Below, piece by piece: positions 32,268 to 43,396 of a stretch of DNA of 64,000 nt. A program made the translations under genes and the position numbers. How positions within the stretch are numbered: the stretch's first letter is position 1; each line of letters starts with the position of its first letter. Source of the stretch: an uncultured Gammaproteobacteria bacterium (GTDB lineage Bacteria > Pseudomonadota > Gammaproteobacteria > CAWCPV01); NCBI GenBank assembly GCA_963797555.1, contig CAWCPV010000003.1, positions 192,001 through 256,000 on the forward strand. Direction: 5' to 3'. A model generated the notes under the pieces. The model made no database searches. It had not been told where the DNA came from and worked only from the letters and a program-made list of their open reading frames with translations.

Positions 32268-35200
32268 GTGAGCCCGATCGGCAGCCCCGAGTTCACGACC
32301 GTCGAGCTGCCCTTCCTCGACCAGCTCGCCCTGTTGGGCTGGAAGGTGCTGACCGGCGATCTGGACGATCCCTCGGCAACCGGCCGCGAGTCCTTCCGCG
32401 AGGTGCTGCTCGAGGACGACCTCCGCGACGCCCTTCAGCGCATCAACCTGCGCGACGGCGAGCCCTGGCTGGACGAGGGCCGCATCTCCCAGGCCGTGAG
32501 CGCCCTGGAGCGCATCGGGGCGCCGCGGCTCATGGAGGCCAACCAGGCGGCCGCCGATCTGCTGCTGAAGGGCATTGCCGTAGAGGGCCTGCCCGACTGG
32601 GACCTGGGGCGCTCCCGCACCATCCACTACATCGACTGGGAGTACCCGGCGCGCAACACCTTCACCGCCATCAACCAGTTCCGGGTGGACTGCCCCGGCG
32701 GGCTGGCCAAGGAGTTCATCGTCCCGGACATCGTGCTGTTCGTGAACGGGATTCCGCTGGTGGTCATCGAGTGCAAGAGTCCTGCGACTTCGGAGCCGAT
32801 CCCCGCCGCCATCGATCAGCTTCGCCGTTACTCCAACCAGCGCAAGGGGGCCGGCGAGGTGGAGGAGAACGAGGGCAACGAGCGGCTGTTCCATACCAAC
32901 CAGTTCCTGGTCGCGACGAGCTACGACGAGGCGCGCGCCGGCACCATCGGTGCAGATGCCCAGCACTATCTGGAGTGGAAGGACACGGCGTCGGTGCCGC
33001 TGGCCGGCGTGCAGCGGGAGCTGGGCAAGGACGCGCTCTCCAGCCAGAACAAGCTCATCGCCGGGATGCTGCGAAAGGAGCACCTGCTGGACATCGTCCG
33101 CCACTTCACCCTCTATCAACAGGTGTCCGGGCGTACCGTGAAGATCGTCTGCCGCTACCAGCAGTTTCGGGCGGTGCATGCCGCCGTCCACCGGCTGCTC
33201 CACGGCAAGACCCGACGCCAGGACGGCGAGCACGACCGCAGGGGCGGCATCGTCTGGCACACCCAGGGCTCCGGGAAGAGCCTGAGCATGGTGTTCCTGG
33301 TGCGCAAGATGCGCTCGCTGCCCGAGCTCCGCCGCTTCAAGGTGGTGCTCGTCACCGACCGCAAGGACCTCCAGCGCCAGCTCTCCGACACCGCCGCGCT
33401 GACCGGCGAGACGGTGCAGGTGGGCAGCACCGTCCCCGAGGTGAAGGACCTGCTCGCCCAGCCGGGGCCGGGGCTGGTGTTCGCCATGATCCAGAAATAC
33501 CGGGAGCGCGACCTGGAGGGCGAGGCGCCCGCCGGGTGGGACAGAAGGGCTGCGAACGCGCCCGACTTCGAAAAGCTGCCGCGCGCCGCGGAGCCGCCGG
33601 TCCCGTACTACGGCCCCGACCAAGTGTTCCCGGTGCTGAACGAGGACGAGGCCATCCTGGTGCTGGTGGACGAGGCGCACCGCTCCCACGCCAGCTCGCT
33701 CCATGCCAATCTGCTTGCGGCGCTGCCGAACTGTGCGCGCATCGGCTTCACCGGAACCCCCATCATCATGGGGGCCAGGAAGCGCACTCACGACATCTTC
33801 GGCGAATTCATCGACCGCTACACCATCAAGGAGTCCGAGGAAGACGGCTCGACCGTCCCCATCCTCTACGAGGGCCGCACCGCCGAGGGCGCGGTGGCCG
33901 ACGGCCGCGACCTCGACCAGCTCTTCGAGGACATGTTCCGCGACAAGACGGACGAAGAATTGGAGGCCATCAAGCGCAGGTACGCCACCCGAGGCGAGGT
34001 GCTGGAGGCGCCCGCGCTCATCCAGGCCAAGGCCGAGGACATCATCCGTCACTATGTGGAGCACATCCTCCCCAACGGCCTCAAGGCGCAGGTGGTCGCC
34101 TGCAGCCGGCTCGCCGCCATCCGCTACTACCACGCCCTCCTCGATGCCCGCGACGAGCTGGTGGCCCGGGCCCTCGCCCTGGACGAGCGGACCCGCGACC
34201 TCGACGACGAGGCGCTCCTCGAACGGCCCCGCAAGGTCCGGGCTGCCGCCCGCGCCTGGCGCAACCTCGCCCTCCTCCAACGGCTGGCGTTCGCCCCGGT
34301 GATCTCCGGGAGCAACAACGATGACCCGGCCTGGAAGGAATGGACCGACGCGGGAAGGATCGCGAGCCGCATCGAGCGCTTCAAGAAGCCGCTGGTCCAC
34401 GAGGACCCCGAGCGCACCGACCCGCTCGCCTTCCTCGTCGTCAAGTCGATGCTGCTCACCGGTTTCGACGCGCCCGTCGAGGGGGTGATGTAACCTGGAC
34501 CGCCCGATCCGGGGGCCGAGCTTCTCCAGGCCATCGCCCGCGTCAACCGCGCCAGCCACGGCAAGCAGGCGGGGATCGTGGTCGACTATTACGGCGTGGC
34601 CCGCCACCTGAGCGAGGCCCTGGCGGCTTACAGCGAGGAGGATATCGAGCGGGCGCTCAAGAGCCTGAAGGACGAGATCCCCAAGCTGCGGGACCGGCAC
34701 CAGCGGGCGGTGGACCTGTTTCGCTCCCGCGGCATCGAGGAGATCAGCGATACCGAAGCCTGCGTCGACCTGCTGAAAGACGAGCGCCTGCGGGCGGAGT
34801 TCGCGGTCAAGCTGAAGCAGTTCCTGAACACCCTGGACGTAGTGCTGCCGCGGCCGGAGGGGCTGCCCTTCAACCGCGACGCCAGGACGCTCGCCTTCAT
34901 CTACGCCCGCGCGCGCAACCGCTACAAGGAGGGCCTGCCCTACCTCGGCAAATCCGTCGGCGCCAAGGTGCGCAAGCTCATCGACGACCACGTCGTGTCG
35001 CTCGGCATCGACCCCAAGATCCCGCCCATCTCCCTCACCGACGCCGAGTTCGACCGCCACGTCGGGGGCCAGGTCTCGTCGAGGGCCAAGGCGTCCGAGA
35101 TGGAGCACGCCATCCGCTATCACATCCGCAAACACCTGGACGAGGACCCCGTCCACTACCAGAAGCTGAGCGACCGTCTGCGGGAGATCCTGGAGGAGTT

Positions 35201-35585
35201 CGGGGAGCGCTGGGAGGATTTGGTCCGGGCACTGGAAGGGCTCGCCGCCGAGGCGCGAGCAGGACGCCGCGAGGACGAGAGCGGACTCGACCCCCGTATC
35301 CAGGCCCCGTTCTTCGACGTGCTCCGGGAGGAGGCGGAGAAGGACCGCCCCGTGGCCGACATCGAGGGGCTCGCGGCTCTCACCGTGCAGCTCGTGGACC
35401 ACATCCGGCGGGAAGTTCGCATCGTGGGCTTCTGGAAGAACCCCAATGCGCAGGAGATACTGCGCGGACAGGTGTTCCAGTTCCTCGACGACCACGAGCT
35501 GGTGGTCTTCGACCGGCTCGACGCGGTGGCCGACCGCATCATGGAGCTGGCCAGGGCCAACCACGAGCGGCTCGCGAAGCCATGA
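32268..35585 (+). CDS. hsdR: Type I R-M restriction subunit (single +1 frameshift at ~34492)
   Basis: PDIVLFVNGIPLVVIECKSP nuclease motif, GIVWHTQGSGKS (Walker A), VDEAHRS, GFTGTP, MLLTGFDAP, then YLDRPI...LLQAIARVNR after the shift. Confidence 0.95.
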
Positions 35586-36274
35586 ACGCGCTGCTCGTCG
35601 ACGACCTGGCCTTCGAGGTGCGGCGCAGCGAGCGGCGCAAGACGGTGGGCATCACCGTGGACCGCGACGGGCAGCTCGTCCTGCATGCCCCCGATGCGTG
35701 TCCCAGGGAGACGCTCGAAAGCTTCGTGCGCCAGAAGCGCTTCTGGATCTACCGAAAGCTCGCCGAGAAAGAAGCGCTGCAGCGTCCCGTGCCGCGGAAG
35801 GAATACGTCAGCGGCGAGGGCTTCCCCTACCTCGGGCGGAGCTACCGGCTGCTGCTCGTTCCCGAGCAGGAGGTGCCCGTCAAGCTGGAGCAAGGGCGGT
35901 TCCGGATGCGTAGAGCAGCCGCCGGAGACGGCCGGGCCCATCTGGTCCGCTGGTACGCTGCCCACGCCCAGCCCTGGCTCCGCCGCAGAGTGCAGCAGTG
36001 GCAGCGCCGGGTAGGCGTGGAGCCCGCCGGGGTGCAGATCCAGGACCTCGGCTACCGCTGGGGCTCCTGCGGCAAGGGCGGCAAGCTTTACTTCCACTGG
36101 AAAAGCATCCTGCTGCCGCCCTCCATCGCGGAGTACATCGTGGTGCACGAGCTGGTGCACCTGCACCAGCCGCACCATACTCCCGAGTTCTGGCGCAGGG
36201 TGGAGCGGGCGATGGCGGATTTCGACGCGCGGCGGGCTTGGCTGACCGAGCACGGCGGTGGCTTTGGGCTGTAG
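35582..36274 (+). CDS. M48/YgjP (DUF45) metallopeptidase-like protein
   Basis: RRSERRKTVGITV, GEGFPYLGRSY, RWGSC, YIVVHELVHL...HTPEFW; ATGA overlap with hsdR. Confidence 0.92.
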   Translation: MNALLVDDLAFEVRRSERRKTVGITVDRDGQLVLHAPDACPRETLESFVRQKRFWIYRKLAEKEALQRPVPRKEYVSGEGFPYLGRSYRLLLVPEQEVPVKLEQGRFRMRRAAAGDGRAHLVRWYAAHAQPWLRRRVQQWQRRVGVEPAGVQIQDLGYRWGSCGKGGKLYFHWKSILLPPSIAEYIVVHELVHLHQPHHTPEFWRRVERAMADFDARRAWLTEHGGGFGL

Positions 36275-36454
36275 TCGGCGCGTGATGGCCCTGCTGTCCG
36301 CGGGGTATCGATATCGGCGTTCTCGCAGGACTGGGGTTCCGAGAGCCGAGTGCTGGAGATGCCCACGAGGACCGGATCTGATGCGAGAGCCCGGTGCTGG
36401 AGCAGGCGGAAGCGTTGTCGCAGGGATGGGTGGTGGCGTCGACTGGATGGAGAA

Positions 36455-36520
36455 GGCCAACGCGGCCTAGACGCGGTGCACCTCGCCAGCACGCTGGTCG
36501 TGCTCCGCGCCGCGGCTATT
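36455..36520 (+). pseudogene. Possible PIN-domain (VapC) toxin remnant
   Basis: QRGLDAVHLASTLV resembles the LR(G/A)xDAxHLASA motif of PIN toxins; very short. Confidence 0.35.
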
Positions 36521-36670
36521 GCAATGCGGCTCCTCCATGCGCCACCGCTTTCTGACAGGGCCGTCGGTCTACACGGCATGCAGGGCTGGGCGCAGTATGC
36601 GCACGACGAAGATGAAAGGAGATCGAAGTCAAGGTGAAGCCTTCTGCTGCGACGATCACGTCGCTATTTC

Positions 36671-38189
36671 GGTTCTTCCCGGAATCGTGTGGGTCGCCAT
36701 GCTTATGCCGCAGCGGCATCTGCCCGAGCTTTGACACCAGAGGATGTGTTGAGCGGCGAGGCGGGCAGGTGGGCGAGATTGCCGGCGATGAGGTAGGCGA
36801 TGGTGATGAGCGAGTGCGTGGTGCGGTAGCCCCGGGCGCGAGCCTTAGCGGCCTGGATGAGGGAGTTGATGCCCTCGGCGCGGCCGTTGGTGATGCCTGA
36901 GTGGAACGCAGCGAGCACGCCGTCCCAGTGCTCTTTCAGGGTGGTGGCGAGGCGTTTCATGGGCTGCAGGCGGCTACGCCGTGCCCAGCTATACCAGCGC
37001 CCGAGGGCGCTCTCGGCCTGCTCGAGGGTGCTGGCCGTGGCGTAGATATCGCGCAGCGCCTCCTTGAGGCGCCAGGCACGGGCGGTCTTGAGGCGGGCGC
37101 GGGAGAGCCAGTGGAAGTCGGTGAGCTGCTCCCAGGTCCAGTCGTGGGCGTCTTTGAGCCAGGTCCAGCGGGTGCCCCTGAGGGCGGGCTCGGTCTTGAT
37201 CTCCTGGCGGCGCACCGCGTCGACCGCCTCGTTGGCGAGCTTGATGACATGGAAGGCATCGAAGCTCACCGTAGCCTGAGGCAGATGCTTGGCCACCCCG
37301 GCGCGGTAGGCGGCGGACATGTCGATGCACACCTGCTCGATGGCCCGCGGGTCGCCGCCATGGGTACGAAGGTCGGCGGCGAAGGCCGCCACGGTGCTCT
37401 GGTCGGGGCCCTCGCAGGCGAACAGCAGGCGTCTGCCCGTAAGGTCATGGAACAGGCTGATGTAGTGCTGTCCACGCCGGGCAGCGGTCTCGTCCAGACC
37501 GATGGCGCGCACCTGGGAGTGGTCATCCTGATCGCGGGCCCTGCCCACGTAGTGATCGAGCACCCCCCACAGGCGCTCATCGCCCACACCCAGGTGCCGA
37601 GCCACGGTCGCCACCGGCAGGGCCTGGCACAGCGTGACCACCAGCGCCTCCATCAGCGCCGTGAAGCCACTGTGGGCGCGCGCCCACGGCGGTTCGACCT
37701 GGGTCGTCTTGCCGCAGGCCTCGCAGCGCACTCGCGGCAGATGCGCGTGCAGGTACGCCCGTGACTTAAAGAAGCTCAGGTGCTGCCAACTGCGCTCCCG
37801 GGTGTCGTGCACCGGCTGGCCTTGCACTCCGCAGGCCGGGCAGGCAAAGCGGCTGCCCTTGGCAAACGCCACCTCGAGATTGATGCGCCCAGCCTCGGGG
37901 TCGAACCGCACGTCGGTGACCTCCCAAGGCGCTGTCAGGCCCAGTGCCGTGGTAAACAGATGCGTGGGCTGCACGGTGCTCCCCCCTTGGATGACGGCCT
38001 GTGGGTTTGTGGACGAGTCCTGCGGAGCGGCCCGCGTCCCAAGGACCGTGTGGACAACCTCCCGGTTGCCCACACTCGCGGGCCTCTCGCCCACCACCCC
38101 ACAAGCCCAACCACAAGATGTTGTGATAAGCGACTAGTCAGGGCAGATGCTACTTCACCACCGCGACCCACACAATTTCCGAAAGAGCC
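36671..38189 (-). mobile_element. ISL3-family insertion sequence; transposase about 36703-37974, apparently intact
   Basis: Imperfect TIRs GGTTCTTCCCGGAATCGTGTGGGTCG / GGCTCTTTCGGAAATTGTGTGGGTCG; CPACG zinc finger, IGLDET, CIDMS, FDAFHV, TNGRAEGINS; no TSD seen. Confidence 0.92.
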
Positions 38190-38603
38190 GGTTTTGCGCC
38201 CACGGTTCGTAGTCGGGCGTCTGCGCCCGAGAATTTCGACGAGCCCTTGAAGGACCCCGGAGCGACACTCACAGCTGCAATCGAGCTGCTATGGAACTGG
38301 AAAGCGTCGACGTAAGACCGGTGACCGAAACGTCGCCCATGGGGGTACCGCGCCGGTCGGGACACCCAGTGATGCGAACCTGGGGTGACGAGTAGCTTAG
38401 CGCACGAGATCATCCCAAACGGGCCTGTTCTGAACCGCCAACCTTCAGCCCGAAGATTGCCGCATGAAGACTCAATCAGCGCCGCTTGTCCTGGCCGATG
38501 GCCAAGCGCCCTCGCTAGCCCATACCTGAGACGGCTGCCTCAGTTGGGCGCCCGCCCCCGCCCCGCCCCGCCCCGCCCCGCGACGGGGCGGGCGGTGGCC
38601 GTG

Positions 38604-39188
38604 TCAATTGCTCGGCGCAGGCTCCGACGTTGAGGGTTTGGCCGGTGCCTCAGACGGGGCCGCTGGCGCGGGAGCCGCCGGTGCGGCGGCAGGAGGCATC
38701 CCGCCAGCCTGAGCGCATGGCCCACGCCCGGGGCCGCCCCAACCGCGACCGTAACCGCCTCCAGCATAGGGCCCGTAACCCGGCATGCCGCGACCGTAGC
38801 CGGGGCCCATCCCGCCGTAGCCGGGGCCCATCCCGCCGTAGCCGGGGCCCATCCCGCCGTAACCGGGCCCCATTCCGCGGGGGCCCGGCCCCATGCCGGG
38901 ATACCCGTAACCACCCCTGCCATAGCCCGGATAGCCGTATCCCGGGTAGCCATACCCCCCGGCCTGCGCCCCACCCATGGGGCCAGGTCCCGGCGGCGGG
39001 GTCTTAGCCTGTGCCTCGGCCGGCGCCTGTCCCGGCGTCGTACCCTGGGTCTGGGCACTTTGCTCGGGCTGCGTCCCGGGGCTCGCGGGGGTCGTGACAT
39101 CAGCCACAGCCGGGCTCATCGCCCCACACGTCAGGGTCGCGCCCAGCGTCAGGCCCGACAAGGTATAGAACAGCTTCTGCTTCGACAT
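38604..39188 (-). CDS. Secreted low-complexity Gly/Pro/Tyr/Met repeat protein
   Basis: RBS AGGAG; signal peptide ending AVA-D; GYPGY and (GMGPGYG)n repeats encoded by 21-bp tandem repeats at about 38797-38875. Confidence 0.75.
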   Translation of the reverse strand: MSKQKLFYTLSGLTLGATLTCGAMSPAVADVTTPASPGTQPEQSAQTQGTTPGQAPAEAQAKTPPPGPGPMGGAQAGGYGYPGYGYPGYGRGGYGYPGMGPGPRGMGPGYGGMGPGYGGMGPGYGGMGPGYGRGMPGYGPYAGGGYGRGWGGPGRGPCAQAGGMPPAAAPAAPAPAAPSEAPAKPSTSEPAPSN

Positions 39189-39814
39189 CGCTCTTCTCCT
39201 TTACAGTGATGCTACTTGGTGACAAGTCTGTCAAATCTCTTGAACCAGCCCCATCTCTCACCGCTCGGGACTCCCCTCCCTGCCGCCAAACTCGCAGCGG
39301 AAGGCCTCACCCCTTCCCGATCGCCAGCGATGCTGGACCGGAACCCTCCCACCTTACCGGGCGCCGCGCGAACGTCGCACTGGCTGTCCACAGCGAGGAG
39401 GCGGCCGACCTGATTGGCCATGCGCCCGCGGAGCGCGACCCTATGCTGCCATTCCGCCGCGCACGCTGCTGGACCCGAGAGCGCTTCCCGGGCTGTCACC
39501 CCGCCGACCAACGCAGCTACACGTCGGGTATGGGTGCAGGCGACGGTTCAGGCCCGTGGCAACGACCATAGCGCAGGTTTCCGGCACGGGGGCGGAAAGC
39601 GGTTGCACTATACCACCATCACCACAGTCTTGAGTACCGCGATGCGCGGCAGGCTCGTCCCCCAGATGCATCGCCAGGGTTAAAGCGTCCTCTGGCGCCG
39701 AGCCAGATGGGAGTGCTGCAGTGGGGCACCAAGAGATCTGAGGAGATGATTGGCTGTACTCACCAGCGGGCCCCAGGCGGTGCGACGTCCTGGGACAGTC
39801 TTGTTCACAAGCTC

Positions 39815-40531
39815 TCAGGGACGGCCCCTGCTCCTGAGCATGAGCGCGACCAAGGCACCCCCGAGAACGCCCCCGACTGTGCCTCCGATAATGCCGTGGA
39901 GAGCCCCGCGCACCACGGTTTCAAATGCGTCTGCAGGGCCTGTGTCTGCCGCAGTGAGCACTGACCGGCCGACGCTCCACATGCTAACGGAAGTAGTCCC
40001 CCCGATGATGGCCCCGACGGTAGCGCCCACCGCCGCCACCCCGAGCACGCCCACCAAATGCCGCACCACGGACTCCACGGTAAACAGATAGAGGCTGCCC
40101 GCCACCAGAACCACCAACGCCGCGATCAGGCCCAAATCGATGGGCCCCGCCCATATCGCCAGTCCAAGACCGATCGTACCACCCGCCAAGCCCGCTGCGG
40201 CACCGGTCAGACAGCGCGCGACTGCTCCGAGGATCGGCACCTCCATCACCCCATACAGCGCCCCCATACTCGCTCCGACGGTCGCCCCCAGCAGCCCCAC
40301 TGCGTGCCAGCCACCGGCCGCACCGAGCACCGCGCTGTATAGTATGCCCGTTACCGAGCCGAGGATGGCGGCAACGAGCGCGACATGCGTCGCCCCGTAA
40401 ACGGCGCCGAGCAGCGCTCCGGCGGTCATCCCCGCGATGGGCGCGACCATCAAGCAATCGGAGATCCCCACAATCCCCCCGAAGATCCCGCCGAATATGG
40501 CGCCACCCATCGCCCAGGCGATGGTCCCCAT
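39815..40531 (-). CDS. Gly/Ala-rich multi-pass membrane protein (glycine-zipper-like)
   Basis: Repeated GxxxG hydrophobic helices; start uncertain because the IS200 derivative lies just upstream. Confidence 0.6.
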   Translation of the reverse strand: MGTIAWAMGGAIFGGIFGGIVGISDCLMVAPIAGMTAGALLGAVYGATHVALVAAILGSVTGILYSAVLGAAGGWHAVGLLGATVGASMGALYGVMEVPILGAVARCLTGAAAGLAGGTIGLGLAIWAGPIDLGLIAALVVLVAGSLYLFTVESVVRHLVGVLGVAAVGATVGAIIGGTTSVSMWSVGRSVLTAADTGPADAFETVVRGALHGIIGGTVGGVLGGALVALMLRSRGRP

Positions 40532-40580
40532 GACTAGGTCTTGGGCCGCCGCAGCCTTCACCCGATAACCTCCCTGAGGT

Positions 40581-41005
40581 AAGCCCCCGGCTTTGCCGGG
40601 GGACTCACCGAGGTTTGACCTATACGACGGTCGTCGTGAATCTCCAATCTCCGCCAAGAGAAGGGGATTCACGATGAAAGAGCACCAGAGTCCGAGCCAC
40701 ACGAAGTGCGACTGTAAGTATCATGTGGTATTCATCGCGAAGCGCAGGAAGAAGCAGATCTTCGGGGCGCTGCGCCGCCACCTGGACAGATCTTCCAGGA
40801 GTTGGCGGGCCACAAGGTGTCCACAGTCGGCTTGGATGAGGCGATGGTGAGGGCCTACATCCGGAACCAAGACCAACAGGACGAGCGATACGAGATCAGC
40901 TAACGCTGGGGACATAGGTCCAGCCGCCTTGGGCGGCTCCCGGTGTTATGGCGCCTTTGAGGCGCTCACCCAATAAGCCCCCGGCTTGCCGGGGGTGAGT
41001 TAACT
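40581..41005 (+). mobile_element. tnpA: Non-autonomous IS200/IS605 derivative with both subterminal hairpins (copy B)
   Basis: AAGCCCCCGGCTTTGCCGGGGG and AAGCCCCCGGCTTGCCGGGGG hairpins; tnpA N-terminus joined directly to C-terminal STVGLDEAMVRAYIRNQ; HUH region missing. Confidence 0.88.
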
Positions 41006-41462
41006 CCGCCTTGTGGTGCCCTCGAGGATTGGGGTGTGCACCCATCCATTGCACAGTTCAATCACTTTAACACGCACCAACCGGGTGCACACCGCCATTG
41101 GGCCGTGAGCCGACCTGCGGTGTCAGGCTGCCTGTGTTCTCCCTTTCCCGTGCAGAGGGCCGATTCGCCCAGTTGGCAGCATGCCAAGTCCGATCCCAGA
41201 ATGTGGCGGCTGCTTCACGCCGGACCCAGCGGCCCGCAGGGAGCCTCGGCGCTTCACCCCCGACCGTGCCCGAGTCGCGGGGTTGCGGACAGTTTCTTCT
41301 TGCGAACTGTCCGCATGGCCGCCGGTGAAATGCCCCGAATAATCCGTTAACATAAGCCTACTTCTTGGAATAACCACCGGTCGCTTCCCGGCATCACCCA
41401 GCGGCAGGGGCGATTCGCGGTGGCAACACCCGGCCGGGAGCGGCAGAGAGGGGAGAACCGCT

Positions 41463-41831
41463 GTGGCTGACAAGCTGCTGATAGTGATGGTGAACACTGA
41501 CCCCAGTGACGGTCCGGAGCTGGGTGCGCCGTTCTTTCAGGCGGCCGTCGCGGCTGCCATGGAGTACGACGTTGAGGTCATCCTCACCGGGCGTTCCGGG
41601 GAGCTGGCCGTGAAGGGCGTGGCCGAGAAGCTCCACGTTCAGAAAGGCAGCTCCAAGAGCGTCTACGATTTCATCAAGGATGCCCACGAGGCCGGGGTCC
41701 GTTTCAAGATCTGCACCCCCACCCTGGAGCTGTGGGGTAAGGACCTGATCCCCGAGATCGAGGAGACGGTGGGCGGCGCCTACGTCATCGGTCGGGCCAT
41801 GGACGACGAGACCGTCACCTTCACGTACTAA
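41463..41831 (+). CDS. DsrE/DsrF-family protein (putative sulfurtransferase)
   Basis: KLLIVMVNTDP...APFFQAAVAAAMEYDVEVILTG...AHEAGVRFKICTP...VGGA. Confidence 0.85.
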   Translation: MADKLLIVMVNTDPSDGPELGAPFFQAAVAAAMEYDVEVILTGRSGELAVKGVAEKLHVQKGSSKSVYDFIKDAHEAGVRFKICTPTLELWGKDLIPEIEETVGGAYVIGRAMDDETVTFTY

Positions 41832-41878
41832 AGCTCCAAGATCCCCACCCCAGCTTCGGATCGAGACGGCCCTCGTCC

Positions 41879-42442
41879 ATGCCTTGGGAAGTCGAGCCGG
41901 CGCTGCGTGCGCAACGCGTGTACGCCGCAGCCGATCTGCTGTACTCCCGAGAGCAGGTCGAGAACGCCCTCGACCATATGGCGCGAGACATCGCCGCGGC
42001 ACTGGCCGACGCGAGCCCCCTGGTGCTGTGCGTGATGACCGGCGGGCTGGTGCCCACCCAAAAGCTCATCGAGCGCTTCGACTTTCTCTTGGAGCTGGAT
42101 TACGTCCACGCAACCCGGTACGGCGGCCGCACTCGCGGCGGCGGACTGCGCTGGATAGCCCGCCCCATCACGCCGCTGGTCGGTCGGGTGGTATTGGTGG
42201 TCGACGATATCCTGGACGAAGGCTTCACCCTCGCCGCCATTCTCGACGACTGTCGCGCCCGCGGGGCACGCGAGGTATACAGCGCGGTATTGGTGGAGAA
42301 GGAACGACAGCGCAGCCTGGCTATCCGCACAGACTTCACCGGCCTTCACGTGGAAAATCGCTACGTATTCGGTTACGGCATGGATTACCGTGGCTACCTG
42401 CGGAATACCAAAGGGATCTACGCGGTGAAGGACGATGCCTGA
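41879..42442 (+). CDS. hpt: Hypoxanthine-guanine phosphoribosyltransferase
   Basis: PLVLCVMTGG, DYVHATRY, VLVVDDILDEGFTL (PRPP loop), RYVFGYGMDY. Confidence 0.92.
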   Translation: MPWEVEPALRAQRVYAAADLLYSREQVENALDHMARDIAAALADASPLVLCVMTGGLVPTQKLIERFDFLLELDYVHATRYGGRTRGGGLRWIARPITPLVGRVVLVVDDILDEGFTLAAILDDCRARGAREVYSAVLVEKERQRSLAIRTDFTGLHVENRYVFGYGMDYRGYLRNTKGIYAVKDDA

Positions 42443-43175
42443 GCTGGCCATCATCGGCGGCACCGGCCTCACCATGCTGAGCAGCCTCCAGATCACATGC
42501 CGCAGGGTGGTCCGCACCCCGTACGGCGAGCCCTCGGGCCCCCTCACCTATGGTAGCTTCTGTGACCACGAGGTGCTGTTCCTTGCGAGACACGGTCACG
42601 GGCACACCATTCCGCCGCATCAGGTGAACTACCGCGCCAACCTTTGGGCACTGAAGGACGCCGGGGCCCCCAAGATCGTCGCGGTCGGTGCGGTGGGGGG
42701 CATCCGGGCGGACATGCACCCCGGCGAGCTGGCAGTCCCGGATCAGATCATCGACTACACCTGGGGTCGGGAGCACACCTATTTCGGCGAGGGTCCGGAC
42801 CACGTCACCCACGTGGACTTCACCCGGCCATACTGCCAGGAGCTACGCCTCCTGCTGCTACAGGCCGGCCAGCAGGCCGGACTCGCCCTGCGCCCCGATG
42901 GGACCTACGGGGCGACCCAGGGTCCGCGCTTGGAGACCGCCGCGGAGATCGACCGCATGGAACAAGATGGCTGCGCCATGGTAGGGATGACCGGGATGCC
43001 CGAGGCGGCGCTCGCGCGTGAGCTGAATTCCTGTTACGCCCACTGCGCGGTCGTGGCCAACTGGGCCGCCGGCCGCCAGCAAGCCATCATCGATATGCGG
43101 GAAATCGACCGCAACCTGAAGACGGGTATGGAACGGCTCAGACTGCTGCTGGAGCACGTGGTGCGGGTTCTCTGA
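42435..43175 (+). CDS. S-methyl-5'-thioinosine/thioadenosine phosphorylase
   Basis: AIIGGTG, TPYGEPS, FLARHG.GHTIPPHQVNYRANLWAL, QGPRLETAAE, VGMTGMPEAALARE, VANWAAG. Confidence 0.92.
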   Translation: MPELAIIGGTGLTMLSSLQITCRRVVRTPYGEPSGPLTYGSFCDHEVLFLARHGHGHTIPPHQVNYRANLWALKDAGAPKIVAVGAVGGIRADMHPGELAVPDQIIDYTWGREHTYFGEGPDHVTHVDFTRPYCQELRLLLLQAGQQAGLALRPDGTYGATQGPRLETAAEIDRMEQDGCAMVGMTGMPEAALARELNSCYAHCAVVANWAAGRQQAIIDMREIDRNLKTGMERLRLLLEHVVRVL

Positions 43176-43396
43176 GACTGTGCAATCGCCGGTGCGCACG
43201 CTCCTTGCACACCGCCCGGGTCCCGCACTGAGAGAACTCGACTGGGTAAGTGTCGGCCGGGAGCCTCCAACACTCTGGGGGCGCCTGCTCTCCGCGTTTG
43301 CGCCCCCCGGCTATGCTACAATGTCGCCCCGCGGTGTGGCTGCAGACTAGCCGTGACTGCGGCTGGGTGAGGCCAGCACGGCCCAACCGATGCGCC

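Noticed and set aside
32052-35564. Very long antisense ORFs (1170 aa here; also 25571-27964, 5537-7405, 51609-53009)
   Set aside because: Shadow ORFs opposite well-supported genes, expected with high-GC codon bias
38797-38875. 21-bp tandem repeats as a CRISPR array or iterons
   Set aside because: They encode the GMGPGYG repeats of a protein and have no spacers
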